From positions 1 through 54,439 of IMG/VR virus record IMGVR_UViG_3300034073_002739: a stretch of 54,439 nt of DNA; one strand, given 5' to 3'. The first letter of the stretch is position 1, and each line of letters opens with the position of its first letter. The notes under the pieces are model-generated. The model did not search any database. It worked only from the letters and a program-made list of their open reading frames with translations, and was not told the origin of the DNA. Source of the DNA: a virus. Its lineage: Duplodnaviria; Caudoviricetes. The translations under genes and the position numbers were made by a program. Positions 34,159 to 44,209 of the stretch are shown here, in pieces.

Positions 34159-35769
34159 TGTGGTGTGGGCTTCAAACCTATTATTGGTACTCTAAATGGT
34201 TTCTCAAAGCCTATTAGAAATATCGAAGTTGTTCGTTCTCAACGTACTGAGAAAGGCGGAGATGAACAAAATAAAGAGTTTTGGAATCCAGAAACTAAAA
34301 CTTGGCGTATTCAAGTCGGTGACTCAGCAGAAGCTTGGGCAAAGTCTATCGGCAAACTACTAGCAGGTAAATACCCAGCAGACACTCTTATCCTAGACTT
34401 TAGTCAACTACGTCCTGCTGGAGAAAGACTAAAAGGTTATGGCTGGATTAGTTCAGGTGATAGTGCTATTTCTACTGCTTATGTTGCTATCGCCCGTATC
34501 CTTAATGGACGGGCCGATTCACTACTCACCAGAATGGACATTCTGGATATTGTTAATTGGCTTGGCACCATCCTGTCTAGCCGCCGAAGTGCTGAGATTG
34601 CGTTATTTGACTACGGCCAACCCGAATGGCAAGAGTTTGCAGTAGCTAAAAAAGATTGGTGGCTATATAATAATGCGCATCGTCAGCAGTCAAACAACAG
34701 TTTAGTGTTTAATGAAAAACCTGCACGAGATCAACTTGAGCACCTGTTCAATCTAATGCAAGAAGCCGGCGGATCAGAACCTGGGTTTATTAATGCTCAA
34801 GAAGCACGTCGTCGTGCACCTTGGTATAAAGGAGCAAATCCTTGTGTTGAAATTTTGCTTGGAAACAAATCATTCTGTAATCTTACAGAAACAGATATTG
34901 GAAAGTTTAAAGGCGATACCGCAGGACTTCACGAAGCTATACGGCTTGCCGCCAGAGCTAATTATCGTCAAACCTGTGTTAACCTCAAAGACGGTATCCT
35001 ACAAGAAGCATGGCACCTCAACAATTACTTCTTGCGACTTTGTGGTGTAGGTTTAACTGGCATTGCTAAACGCCCTGATATGACTGGCTATGATTATGAA
35101 TATCTTAAGCGTACTGCAACTGCAGCAGCTATTGGAATGGCAGACGAGCTTGGTTTGCCCAGACCAAAGAACGTGACTTGTATTAAACCAAGTGGGACGC
35201 TTTCTAAGATCATGGACTGTACTGAAGGAGTTCATAAGCCTTTAGGTAAGTACATTTTCAATAATGTACAATTTAGTAAATATGATCCAGTAGTAGAAAA
35301 GCTACGCGAAGCAAATTACAAAGTATTTAATCATCCTACCGATGATACTGGTGTTCTGGTAACATTTCCAGTTGAATGGAATGATGTTCCGTTCCATAAA
35401 CAAAATGGAAAAGAAGTTAATTTAGAAACAGCCATTGATCAGCTAGAGCGTTATAAGCTAATTCAGACTAGTTGGACTCAGCAAAATACGTCAGTAACTA
35501 TTAGTTACGATCCAAGCGAAGTTCCAGATATTATTGATTGGCTAATGAATAACTGGGATTGCTATGTTGGCGTAAGTTTTATTTATAGAACTGACCCTAC
35601 AAAAACAGCAAAAGACTTAGGTTATCTTTATTTACCACAAGAAGTTGTAGATGAGTATACTTTCCGAACCTATGTACAAGATCTAAAACCCGTCGTACTA
35701 GACGACGCCAATAGTTTTGATGCAATTCTAGACGATGAATGTTTAACGGGCGCTTGCCCAGTAAAATAA
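34159..35769 (+). CDS. nrdJ: Class II ribonucleotide reductase, exon 2
   Basis: RRSAEI, SNNS, EPG, GANPCVEI, FCNL, TCIKPSGT, C-terminal CLTGACPVK. Confidence 0.92.
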   Translation, partial: CGVGFKPIIGTLNGFSKPIRNIEVVRSQRTEKGGDEQNKEFWNPETKTWRIQVGDSAEAWAKSIGKLLAGKYPADTLILDFSQLRPAGERLKGYGWISSGDSAISTAYVAIARILNGRADSLLTRMDILDIVNWLGTILSSRRSAEIALFDYGQPEWQEFAVAKKDWWLYNNAHRQQSNNSLVFNEKPARDQLEHLFNLMQEAGGSEPGFINAQEARRRAPWYKGANPCVEILLGNKSFCNLTETDIGKFKGDTAGLHEAIRLAARANYRQTCVNLKDGILQEAWHLNNYFLRLCGVGLTGIAKRPDMTGYDYEYLKRTATAAAIGMADELGLPRPKNVTCIKPSGTLSKIMDCTEGVHKPLGKYIFNNVQFSKYDPVVEKLREANYKVFNHPTDDTGVLVTFPVEWNDVPFHKQNGKEVNLETAIDQLERYKLIQTSWTQQNTSVTISYDPSEVPDIIDWLMNNWDCYVGVSFIYRTDPTKTAKDLGYLYLPQEVVDEYTFRTYVQDLKPVVLDDANSFDAILDDECLTGACPVK

Positions 35770-35778
35770 AGATAAAAT

Positions 35779-35946
35779 ATGAATCCAACCTTTACTATCA
35801 CAGACCTTAGTGTAGATGAAGTTAACCTAATCCTAGCAGGCCTACAGGAGATTCCTGTAGCCGCTAAAATTACAAATCCACTAACTCAAAAAGTTAAAAC
35901 TCAAGCTGAACAACAGTTAAAAACCTACCAAGAATCTCAGCAGTAG
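35779..35946 (+). CDS. Small hypothetical protein (55 aa)
   Basis: LSVDEVNLILAGLQEIP...QAEQQL. Confidence 0.6.
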   Translation: MNPTFTITDLSVDEVNLILAGLQEIPVAAKITNPLTQKVKTQAEQQLKTYQESQQ

Positions 35947-35962
35947 CTAGCCGTTAAGAAAT

Positions 35963-36002
35963 AAAAAATCCCGGTATACTTTATGTATACCGGGATTTTT
36001 TT
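35963..36002. terminator. Bidirectional intrinsic terminator between convergent blocks
   Basis: AAAAAATCCCGGTATAC/GTATACCGGGATTTTTT. Confidence 0.88.
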
Positions 36003-36003
36003 A

Positions 36004-36651
36004 TTAACGCTGATCTGGCGTATCGTCATCACTATCTGAATCGTCTACTGAGTCATCGTCGTCATCATTATCATAAAGAGTGCTTACTATTTCTACTAAA
36101 ATATCTCTATAAGGTTGTTCGACTTGGGGCAAGTCTACTAGATAAATATCTACATGACCATTTCTGAGTAGTTCTGCATGATACATAAACTGACCAAAAG
36201 CATTTACCGTTTCAGGAATATTATCATTTGCATAATCCTCAACAGCTTGAGCTACTATATCTAAATAACCTTGTTCAATCATGCTTTTTGTAGAAATAAA
36301 ACTTAGCAGTTTTTGTGCTTTTCTAGTTCGTTCGCGTACTATTTGATCACGTTTTTGACGTGCCCAAGTCTGTCCACCATCGCCACCCCAGAGATCCCAA
36401 GCTACTCGACCTTTACTTGGAAAGCCTTCTTCACCACTATAAAACCCTTCTGCTTGTTTGTCTACTTCATGTCTGGAGAAAAAGCTGTGCATGCGCATTA
36501 CAGTTGATGCTGATAGAGGCTCTCTATCTTTGAGTTGATTTGCCCTGGCTAAGCCCACTAGGGTGCCGCCAGGCTTTCCTTCATCTTTCCACTTTAGGGC
36601 ACGACGGGCCGCAGAAGCCATGCCACTAGTTGGTTTATATGTTTTTGCCAT
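36004..36651 (-). CDS. Phage hypothetical protein
   Basis: PTSGMASAARRAL...GT.VG.ARANQL...RM.SFFSRH...AW.LWGGD; acidic tail. Confidence 0.8.
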   Translation of the reverse strand: MAKTYKPTSGMASAARRALKWKDEGKPGGTLVGLARANQLKDREPLSASTVMRMHSFFSRHEVDKQAEGFYSGEEGFPSKGRVAWDLWGGDGGQTWARQKRDQIVRERTRKAQKLLSFISTKSMIEQGYLDIVAQAVEDYANDNIPETVNAFGQFMYHAELLRNGHVDIYLVDLPQVEQPYRDILVEIVSTLYDNDDDDDSVDDSDSDDDTPDQR

Positions 36652-37339
36652 GTTGATCCTTGTAGGCTAAAATAATTTGTTTACACATTTTTGATCTAAC
36701 AATATCTTCATCCAAGAATCTAACTATTTCAATTCCTGGTAATCCTTCTAGTCTTTTAACAGCATCGTCTAATCCAGAATTATTAATATCACGTTGTTCT
36801 GGATCTCCACTTAAGATTACTTTGCAGTTTTTACCAATCCTACTCAGCATCATTTTTAATTCAGTTTTAGTTAAGTTTTGTGCTTCATCTACTAAAACTA
36901 TTGCATTATCAAATGTTGCTCCTCGCATAAATCCAATAGGTCTTGGTTCAATATCTTTATGTTTAAGTGCATACTCATAAAAACCTTTGCCTAAACATCG
37001 CTGAAATATATGTTCAAAAGGTTCTAGATATGGAGCATATTTTTCATCTAGTTCTCCAGGCAAAAACCCTAAACCGCGGCCAGTTTCTATGTTTGGTCTG
37101 GTTAGGATAATTTTATGAATACGTCTGTGAAATAACTCTCCAGCAGCGTAGCTAGCAGCTATAAAAGTTTTGCCTGTGCCTGCGCTACCTATACCAAAAA
37201 TAACTTCTGCATGTTTAATTGCTTGTAGATATTGATCCTGAATGTAATTAAGTGGTTTAACATCTTTGAACCCATACTCAATAGGATTCATAGGGTTGGA
37301 TTGCTGTTTGCGAGCTTTTTTGCTAGATGATTGAGACAT
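36635..37339 (-). CDS. phoH: PhoH-like ATPase
   Basis: GSAGTGKT, LGFLPG, MRG.TF, DEAQN, GD..Q.D. Confidence 0.95.
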   Translation of the reverse strand: MSQSSSKKARKQQSNPMNPIEYGFKDVKPLNYIQDQYLQAIKHAEVIFGIGSAGTGKTFIAASYAAGELFHRRIHKIILTRPNIETGRGLGFLPGELDEKYAPYLEPFEHIFQRCLGKGFYEYALKHKDIEPRPIGFMRGATFDNAIVLVDEAQNLTKTELKMMLSRIGKNCKVILSGDPEQRDINNSGLDDAVKRLEGLPGIEIVRFLDEDIVRSKMCKQIILAYKDQHGKNI

Positions 37340-37348
37340 AGGATACCT

Positions 37349-37528
37349 TTACTGCTTTGTTTGGGATTCTAGTTTTTTATGTATTTTAATTGTTTTACAT
37401 ACTTCTCTAGTTTTACCATCTGCTTGTTTTTGCATTGTGCAAACACGTTTAGTTTTAGCAGGTTCTTGACTAGAGTCTGCCCAAGCAGTGCTCATAAAGA
37501 GCGAAAAAGCAATAATTAAATATTTCAT
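37349..37528 (-). CDS. Small secreted protein (59 aa)
   Basis: Signal peptide MKYLIIAFSLFMSTAWA, two Cys; AAGGA RBS. Confidence 0.6.
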   Translation of the reverse strand: MKYLIIAFSLFMSTAWADSSQEPAKTKRVCTMQKQADGKTREVCKTIKIHKKLESQTKQ

Positions 37529-37529
37529 A

Positions 37530-37748
37530 TTAGTCCTTGTTACGGGAAAATTTTTCGGCTATAACAAAACCTAATCCGGCCATGGTTAAATAAACCATAT
37601 TTTCATACATAAACTCGCTTACTGTAAGAGACCAAAATAAGTCAGCTATAAAAGCTATAGCACATAATAAAAAGGATAAAAAAGTAATAATTCTACGACT
37701 ACTTATAGAATGGTTTACACCATCTTCAAATATACTTTTAATCCACAC
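37530..37748 (-). CDS. Two-TM holin-like protein
   Basis: SSRR motif, two TM helices, basic tail; lysis region. Confidence 0.55.
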   Translation of the reverse strand: MWIKSIFEDGVNHSISSRRIITFLSFLLCAIAFIADLFWSLTVSEFMYENMVYLTMAGLGFVIAEKFSRNKD

Positions 37749-37749
37749 A

Positions 37750-38178
37750 TTATAGCTCCGGTTGAGGGGCGGGTTCAGGAGCAGCTTTACCTTTATAACC
37801 TGTATGTACTAAACTTGGCGTAAGCGTAGGTTCTTTTCGTACTGGTTCTTTGGGTTTTGTTGCTTCCATTGTTTTAACAAAACTTTGTTCAGCCTGTTTA
37901 TGGGCCTGCAACATTGCTTCTTTATCTTCTTTGCTGTGGCCTGCTAACATAATTCCACTAAGCGTACCAGTTAAAAATGTAGCTATAGGAACTATAAGTT
38001 CAAAGAATTTTTGATCTATTGGCGACATAGCATCTAGTGGCTGTGTAACAAATATGATTGAGTAGAGAACAACAAATACAATACCTGTTAAAGTAAGTGC
38101 TAAACATACACCTACAAAAAACTTAAGACGAGCCATTAGCTGATCGTCAGTATAAACAAAAGGAGGCTTATTTTCCAC
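37750..38178 (-). CDS. Two-TM membrane protein (holin candidate)
   Basis: Two hydrophobic helices; near endolysin. Confidence 0.6.
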   Translation of the reverse strand: MENKPPFVYTDDQLMARLKFFVGVCLALTLTGIVFVVLYSIIFVTQPLDAMSPIDQKFFELIVPIATFLTGTLSGIMLAGHSKEDKEAMLQAHKQAEQSFVKTMEATKPKEPVRKEPTLTPSLVHTGYKGKAAPEPAPQPEL

Positions 38179-38428
38179 TCTTTACTCCTGGCTGGCACTG
38201 TTGACATTGTTGAGCTGGTTTTATGTTTTCAACTGCCAATTTATTTTTAAATATATTTTCTGGACAAGTTCTAGTAACTTCGCATTGAGGTTTTTTACAC
38301 TGTGCAGTTTCCCAATTTTTAGGATTTTGACAAGGGTACCTAAACCTATCTTCAGCAAATACAGCCAAGGTTAGAGGTATGAATAAGATAACTAACAAAC
38401 TCCAGAACAGCTTTTTATCGCTAATCAT
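38168..38428 (-). CDS. Membrane-anchored Cys-rich periplasmic protein
   Basis: N-terminal TM, FRYPCQNP.NW...C..P.C....CP. Confidence 0.65.
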   Translation of the reverse strand: MISDKKLFWSLLVILFIPLTLAVFAEDRFRYPCQNPKNWETAQCKKPQCEVTRTCPENIFKNKLAVENIKPAQQCQQCQPGVKSGK

Positions 38429-38429
38429 A

Positions 38430-39053
38430 TTAAGCTCCTAGAACTTGTTTAGCATGCTCGTAGTGTTTTTTGCGATCCTCTATACCTATTGTACCACCAT
38501 TAATTCGTTTTGTCAAGGTTAAAATATCGTCTGCATCTGCCCAACGATTTAAATTATTGGTTTCCCAAAACCAACATGCTCCTTGTGCTGCTCCCTCAAA
38601 AGTTTCTAAGAATTCGGCAGCTTCTTCTGGCTCAATTTCTATGCTATGAGCAAACCAAGTATAATTATCTCTGCCAGTTAGTTGAATTAAGCCTCGGCCA
38701 CGAAATCTCCAGCCATCTCCACTTGCTTCATCGCCATTACCCATACGACTAGCATAAATACGATTGGCTATAGCTTCTTGTTTGTTGGATTTACTGGCAT
38801 ACTGTTGTGCGAGTTCGTCATTGGGGAAGTATTTTGGAAATACCCTGCGTAAACTTTGCCAACGATAATTTAAATTTTCTTGTAGAACAGTAAACTCTAG
38901 TGATTCGTGTGCACATTGAGCTATAAACGCTGCTTGTCGTTTTGGAGTTGTAATATCATACTCTGGAAATAACTGATTTAAAACCTCTAGCCAATAATTA
39001 ATATGTTTATTTCTAGGTATTAAACTTTTTAATTGTTCATGGGTTAGTTGCAT
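38430..39053 (-). CDS. Endolysin, glycoside hydrolase family 19
   Basis: AAFIAQCAHES, ENLNY, RMGNG, FRGRGLIQLTGR.NY, RINGG..G. Confidence 0.93.
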   Translation of the reverse strand: MQLTHEQLKSLIPRNKHINYWLEVLNQLFPEYDITTPKRQAAFIAQCAHESLEFTVLQENLNYRWQSLRRVFPKYFPNDELAQQYASKSNKQEAIANRIYASRMGNGDEASGDGWRFRGRGLIQLTGRDNYTWFAHSIEIEPEEAAEFLETFEGAAQGACWFWETNNLNRWADADDILTLTKRINGGTIGIEDRKKHYEHAKQVLGA

Positions 39054-39319
39054 TACTTAACTTCCTCAAAAATTCTTTTTTGTGCCTGATACCAGCCAAT
39101 CCAGGCTTTGACTTTAACACCACATTCGTGATACTGAGAGTAGTTTTCTGTAACTACTTTAGCTACATCACTTAATTGAACACCTTTATCTAAAGTTTTT
39201 AACTGTTCGGGGCAAGGTGTTAGTAGAACCTGTGGAGCTTCAGGAAATACGCGTTTAACAGGTACTGCAGTAGTACATCCTGTTAGTACTAGTAAGCCCA
39301 AAATTAGTAATATTTTCAT
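39053..39319 (-). CDS. o-spanin (Rz1-like lipoprotein)
   Basis: Lipobox LTGC, Pro-rich, P..LL.PC...NY..YHEC. Confidence 0.8.
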   Translation of the reverse strand: MKILLILGLLVLTGCTTAVPVKRVFPEAPQVLLTPCPEQLKTLDKGVQLSDVAKVVTENYSQYHECGVKVKAWIGWYQAQKRIFEEVK

Positions 39320-39750
39320 TCCTGAACTCCAGCCGCTCTATTATGTGCATCAACAAAAGGTTCTGGTATTTCGCATATGTTATTGTACTTGACAATTTCA
39401 CGATCAACATACTTGACAATTTCTTCACCACGTTGTTTGATTATGTTATTTTTTACCACAACTTTTTCTACAATCTCTTTAGTTACTTGCTGACTTTTTG
39501 CCTCTGCTTCAGCAACTTTGGCTTCTAAAGCTTTTACTCTTTCTTGCCATTTAGTTTCATTTGCTCTAGCACCTAAAAGATATATACAAATAGCGGCTAT
39601 AATAACTGTTACAATCTGTATAGGTATTTTATAAAGATAGAGTGCCGGTAGGGGAATAAATCGTAAAAAATAAGTTAGGGTAAATACCACTAAACTTATA
39701 AGTAATAAACCTAAAAATAACCAACTAGGTAACCATTCTACAATCCACAT
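39316..39750 (-). CDS. i-spanin (Rz-like)
   Basis: TM segments, coiled coil, C-terminal C.IP..FV..HN.AA; adjacent o-spanin. Confidence 0.78.
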   Translation of the reverse strand: MWIVEWLPSWLFLGLLLISLVVFTLTYFLRFIPLPALYLYKIPIQIVTVIIAAICIYLLGARANETKWQERVKALEAKVAEAEAKSQQVTKEIVEKVVVKNNIIKQRGEEIVKYVDREIVKYNNICEIPEPFVDAHNRAAGVQE

Positions 39751-39758
39751 AGTATCTC

Positions 39759-40376
39759 CTAGTTTGCAAGTGGGTTATCAAGGGCTTTTTTAATCTTTTC
39801 TTCAACCTCGCGGCGAATTGCTCTTAGTTCCTGATTAGTTTCCCTGTCAATACGATTTACTCTTTCGTTAACATTTTGTACTGTTGTATCAACTTGTTTT
39901 TGCATTTCACGAACATTTTGGTCTACACTTCTGCGAACATCTTTTGTTTCCAAGTCAACTTGTTGTCTGATTGCGTTTATGTCTTTTTCTACTTCACGCT
40001 GGCTAGTTTTAGCAGTTCTTTCAACTTGATCAACAACTTGTTCAATACGTCTAATATCACCTTTTAAATTGGTGTTTATTTCTCTGGTATACTCTAAGCC
40101 TTTTTCTGAATTTTGCTCTAAGACAATAATACGTTTTTCATATTCTGAAAAGTCCGGAGCAGTATAGTTTTGTATGGCTTGTTTCATGTCCATGTAGTCT
40201 TTGTAGACTTCAAAAGCCCCATATAAACCACCAATAACAGAACTAATAATTCCGCCAGCAACAATTAATTTTGCTGGAGTAAAGTTAACTCCAGCTACAC
40301 TAATAACAGTATTACCTTCAGCAAGTGTTTCTAGTTTTTCAACTTGTTGGTCTAAGTCTTTATTTGTATTGCTCAT
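39759..40376 (-). CDS. Single-TM coiled-coil protein
   Basis: Hydrophobic segment then heptads, ending KALDNPL. Confidence 0.75.
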   Translation of the reverse strand: MSNTNKDLDQQVEKLETLAEGNTVISVAGVNFTPAKLIVAGGIISSVIGGLYGAFEVYKDYMDMKQAIQNYTAPDFSEYEKRIIVLEQNSEKGLEYTREINTNLKGDIRRIEQVVDQVERTAKTSQREVEKDINAIRQQVDLETKDVRRSVDQNVREMQKQVDTTVQNVNERVNRIDRETNQELRAIRREVEEKIKKALDNPLAN

Positions 40377-41358
40377 CGACCATCCCCTTATGGGTTATGT
40401 TAGACCCTCTAGTTAGACCACGTAGTAGTCTTTGATTGTCTATGGGCTTAACATTTTTATAAATATCTTTAACTACATAAAAAGTACTATCTGGTAATGT
40501 AGCTTGTTGATATGCTTGTAAACTAGGAGCTTGTTCTATAATTGTAGATATAGTTACAGTTTCTCGGGTAGATTCTTGGTTAGCTTGAGGTTGTCTAGTA
40601 CTAATTCTCAAACTTGTGGTTTGAGGCTTTGGTTTTTCTGGTTCTGCGGGCTTGAGCAAACTGCCGCGATTTAGGGTGGTGGGAGTATATGTTTGTAGCG
40701 GCTCTGGTGTTTCTAAAACCTGAGCCGCTATAGGATTTTCTACTAATCGTGGTAAACTGTCTTTGACAGGGTCAATATATACAGATTCTGGTAAAAGCTC
40801 ATAGGTTTCTTTTGGAAGTATAACTGGTTTTTCTGTTACTATGGGCTCGTATGCTAATTTATAGTATGGATTGTTTATTGTGGGACCAGTCCAAGGTTTA
40901 GTATTTGAAGTCTGCTGCCCAGAAAAACTTAAACTAAACCTGTCTAAATCTTTAGCCAATAATTCTTGAAAACTTACTTTTTCTTGTACAATACCAGAAC
41001 CTGTTAACATATAGTTTTTAATATAAACAGTATCTGTTTTACTAGTTAAAATAACTTTAGCTGATAAATAATTTATACACTCAGAACATCCTAAACTGTA
41101 CTCCCAGCCATATTCTAAACCAGAAATCTTAACAGGAATATTTGTAGCACGAAACAGTTTTTCATTAAATACACTAGAGTAGTAGACACTGCCGCCGGCT
41201 TTACCAAAAATAATAGGGTCTCCAGGAGAAACTTTTACGTTTCCCTGGACGGTTAAACTACTAAAAGGTATTAAATTAACAGTAGTTTCACTATAAGAGT
41301 AACAAGAGTAAGATAGCACTGCCCAAGCCAAAGCTAAACTTTTTCCAAAACGATTCAT
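40360..41358 (-). CDS. Hypothetical secreted/structural protein
   Basis: 332 aa ORF, possible signal peptide; start uncertain. Confidence 0.68.
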   Translation of the reverse strand: MNRFGKSLALAWAVLSYSCYSYSETTVNLIPFSSLTVQGNVKVSPGDPIIFGKAGGSVYYSSVFNEKLFRATNIPVKISGLEYGWEYSLGCSECINYLSAKVILTSKTDTVYIKNYMLTGSGIVQEKVSFQELLAKDLDRFSLSFSGQQTSNTKPWTGPTINNPYYKLAYEPIVTEKPVILPKETYELLPESVYIDPVKDSLPRLVENPIAAQVLETPEPLQTYTPTTLNRGSLLKPAEPEKPKPQTTSLRISTRQPQANQESTRETVTISTIIEQAPSLQAYQQATLPDSTFYVVKDIYKNVKPIDNQRLLRGLTRGSNITHKGMVDEQYK

Positions 41359-41848
41359 TTGTTGTAGCCTCTAGTGGTTTAGGTTTCTTATCTGGATTTT
41401 GTTCCCATAACTGTCGGGCTTGTTCTCCAATCTTTCCCTCAATAGGACAAGGAGTACCAGCATCCATCATGGCTGAAAATACTCTGGGATCTTGACATAG
41501 GGTACTAACCGCAGCTACCTTCATGCCCATATCATATAAATTTTTAGCTAATTTTAGTCTTTCACAGTTTAGGTCACGAACAGTACTACCTCCACTAACT
41601 CCTAAGATTTGAGTTTGTACTGCTCCCGATACACCTACAGTACACAAGTCATTACTAATAATAGTTATAGGAGGACTTGTAGCTGTAGGTGGAGGAGAGT
41701 TTACAGTAGTTTCGTTTATACTAGTAGTCGTTGAATTAACTTGACTACTACTGGTTGATTCTGTTACAATCTTGTCCGTGGTTTGAGAAAAAGAAAGGGT
41801 TGAAACTAACAATAGTAACCAAGTTAAATAACGCATATGCTGCCTCAA
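41291..41848 (-). CDS. Secreted Cys-rich protein with C-terminal TM
   Basis: Signal peptide, LCTVGVSGAVQTQILG...NCERLKL...LCQD...AGTPCP. Confidence 0.78.
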   Translation of the reverse strand: MRQHMRYLTWLLLLVSTLSFSQTTDKIVTESTSSSQVNSTTTSINETTVNSPPPTATSPPITIISNDLCTVGVSGAVQTQILGVSGGSTVRDLNCERLKLAKNLYDMGMKVAAVSTLCQDPRVFSAMMDAGTPCPIEGKIGEQARQLWEQNPDKKPKPLEATTNESFWKKFSFGLGSAILLLLLL

Positions 41849-42613
41849 TTATTTACGAACTATATCAGACTCTATACATTTTTCACCATATTGTATTTCT
41901 ATAATCTCTAGTGGTTCAGTACCTGTATTAGTAACTCTATGCCAACTTCCTACAGGTACTTCAAATAAGCTATGTGTGTTTATGTTTTTAATTGGCTTTT
42001 CAGTTTCGCCAACTAGAGTACTTACAGTACCCTTACCACTTTCTACAAACCACAATTCAGACCTATGGTTGTGATACTGCATTGATATTTGCTTATCAGG
42101 ATCAATAATTAATCTTTTAATCTTTGCAGAATTAGAGTTGTAGTAAGTTATAAATCTACCCCAAATTCTTTGTTCTTGAGAGTATTTCCAGTTTTCTAAA
42201 ATCCAACTTGAACTATTCTTTTTATTTTTACCGCCAATTTCAAACAAGAACTCTACTTTAGGATCGTTTTTAAATTTGTCCATCTCAGGGATATTCGATT
42301 TAGTACGGTCTCCTCCATTGGCAAATATAATTTTTTGATTCGGAAACATTTGCTTAACCATATATATAGCATCGCACGCAGATCCATCAGTGTCATCAAA
42401 GCCTATTGCTGTCATAACATTTTTTATATTACTTATGATCGAAATACGCTCAGTAAAGGGCATGAATGCTTGACCTTTTTTACTAATAAGCCATGCATCA
42501 CTATTTACACCAACTACTACTCTACCATATTTATGTGCATCTTGAATATATGCAATATGACCTGAATGTATGGGATCAAATCCGCCAGTTACAACAATAA
42601 TATTGTCAGTCAT
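41849..42613 (-). CDS. Bifunctional cytidylyltransferase + mannose-6-P isomerase-type cupin
   Basis: TGGFDPIHSGH, GVNSD, FANGGDR, SSS; then R.WG...SMQYHNHRSE.W...IIEIQYG..C.E.DIVR. Confidence 0.88.
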   Translation of the reverse strand: MTDNIIVVTGGFDPIHSGHIAYIQDAHKYGRVVVGVNSDAWLISKKGQAFMPFTERISIISNIKNVMTAIGFDDTDGSACDAIYMVKQMFPNQKIIFANGGDRTKSNIPEMDKFKNDPKVEFLFEIGGKNKKNSSSWILENWKYSQEQRIWGRFITYYNSNSAKIKRLIIDPDKQISMQYHNHRSELWFVESGKGTVSTLVGETEKPIKNINTHSLFEVPVGSWHRVTNTGTEPLEIIEIQYGEKCIESDIVRK

Positions 42614-42664
42614 CTATAATTCCACTGTAATTTATTTTAGAGATATTTATACAGATAAATATTT

Positions 42665-44209
42665 TTATCTACTAAAACTCGTTCTTTTTTGTAATAAATT
42701 ATTTAGTTTTTTCCTAGAGTTATCTCTATTATGGGTGGCAATTTCTTCTGCGTTTCCAAATAAAAATACTTTTACTTTTTTGTAGATTTCATCTTTATTG
42801 AAAACTTCTTGCCAGTTATCATACTGATGTTTACCAGTCCAACCAATATTATGAATAAATTTAGATTTAATTTCAGGATGTTGAAAAGTACAGTTTGGAT
42901 CAGACTGAATTCCTCCTAGACCATAACGAGCATTTAAATTAATATAATTAAGTTTGCTCATTGCTAGCGATTTAAACACAACAAATCCATCATACGGCTC
43001 TCCCATTGGAAGTAGCTCTTCAAAAGTATAATTTTTAATGAATTTTTCGTTGAACTTTTTAGTGTCAGGATGTTTGCCATTGAATATTAGAATACCACTT
43101 TCAACATGATTAAGATCGTGATTTTCTTCTACTTGACACGCTAAAAACTTATCTTCTAATAAGTTCTTTGGAAAGTTGCTATAATCTGCTGCTTTAAATA
43201 CACAATCACCATCAAGCCAGATTAAATAATCATCATCATGTTTGTTTAATACATCCTGAATTACAAATGCTTTGTAACTAAATCTTTCAATCATTGTTTT
43301 AACATAATCATGATGTTTTGACTTTTTGTGTAGTTGATCTTTCCACACTTTATGCTGAGGAATCTCCTTGGCAAAATTTACATATGTAATATTGGAATGA
43401 TAGATTGGAGGCTGCTTTCCTTCATAATAAATTTTAGCTTTTATAGAAGGATAGTAATTAGCTAATTGAATAAAGGTTTCAATCCATGTTTTTCCATATA
43501 AATTATAACCATTTTCATTAAAAGTAGTAAAAAACAATATATCGCAGGTATTAGTTCTTTTTTCTTGCATGATTTTGTCTAGTGTACGCCATGAAACATA
43601 ATCAGAAGATGTATTATTGATACTAGCAACATTATGAACTAATATGTTATTAGCTTTTAGTTCTTCAGTACTTAATACTTGAACTTCTTTATTATTAGGA
43701 TAATTTGTTCCTATAACAGAATAATATTCGCACATAGATCTATGAAGATTATGCATACCGTATGATTGAGTATTTTTGTCTATTATTGTTTTAGCCTCTT
43801 CAATCATATAATTCAAAGCTAGTTTTAAAACTGGATGTTTTGGTTCAGCAGCAAAGAAAAAGTTTGCAATATTATTATGCTCTTTTATAAATACGGCTTT
43901 AGCATCTGTATCCATAAAAGTTGCTAGTAGTCTATTGCAGGTAATATCTAAATCAGCGTAGTAGCCACCATTTATATAAATGATGGCTACACGCCAAAAA
44001 TCAGCACGCATAATTGGTTGAGGAAGTGCTAAGTATAGCCTATGCACTTCCTCACCAAAATGTTCTAGTATAAAATGGGAACATTCCGTATCATCACACA
44101 ACTTCATATGTAGTTGTGGATTACTAGTGTGCCATGAACGCAATTGATCTACTAAAAATTTTGGAATATTTTTAGTTTTCCAAGTCTGCCATAGTATATT
44201 TGGAATCAT
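42665..44209 (-). CDS. Two-domain glycosyltransferase (GT32/Och1-like + second GT-A)
   Basis: IPNILWQTWK, RADFWR...GGYYADLD; second domain RFSYK...LIWLDGD...ESG. Confidence 0.85.
   Translation of the reverse strand: MIPNILWQTWKTKNIPKFLVDQLRSWHTSNPQLHMKLCDDTECSHFILEHFGEEVHRLYLALPQPIMRADFWRVAIIYINGGYYADLDITCNRLLATFMDTDAKAVFIKEHNNIANFFFAAEPKHPVLKLALNYMIEEAKTIIDKNTQSYGMHNLHRSMCEYYSVIGTNYPNNKEVQVLSTEELKANNILVHNVASINNTSSDYVSWRTLDKIMQEKRTNTCDILFFTTFNENGYNLYGKTWIETFIQLANYYPSIKAKIYYEGKQPPIYHSNITYVNFAKEIPQHKVWKDQLHKKSKHHDYVKTMIERFSYKAFVIQDVLNKHDDDYLIWLDGDCVFKAADYSNFPKNLLEDKFLACQVEENHDLNHVESGILIFNGKHPDTKKFNEKFIKNYTFEELLPMGEPYDGFVVFKSLAMSKLNYINLNARYGLGGIQSDPNCTFQHPEIKSKFIHNIGWTGKHQYDNWQEVFNKDEIYKKVKVFLFGNAEEIATHNRDNSRKKLNNLLQKRTSFSR

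Noticed and set aside
20853-35769. Pseudogenes, frameshifts or inteins in pol and nrdJ
   Set aside because: Inserts contain stops and group I core motifs, and precise removal restores conserved motifs
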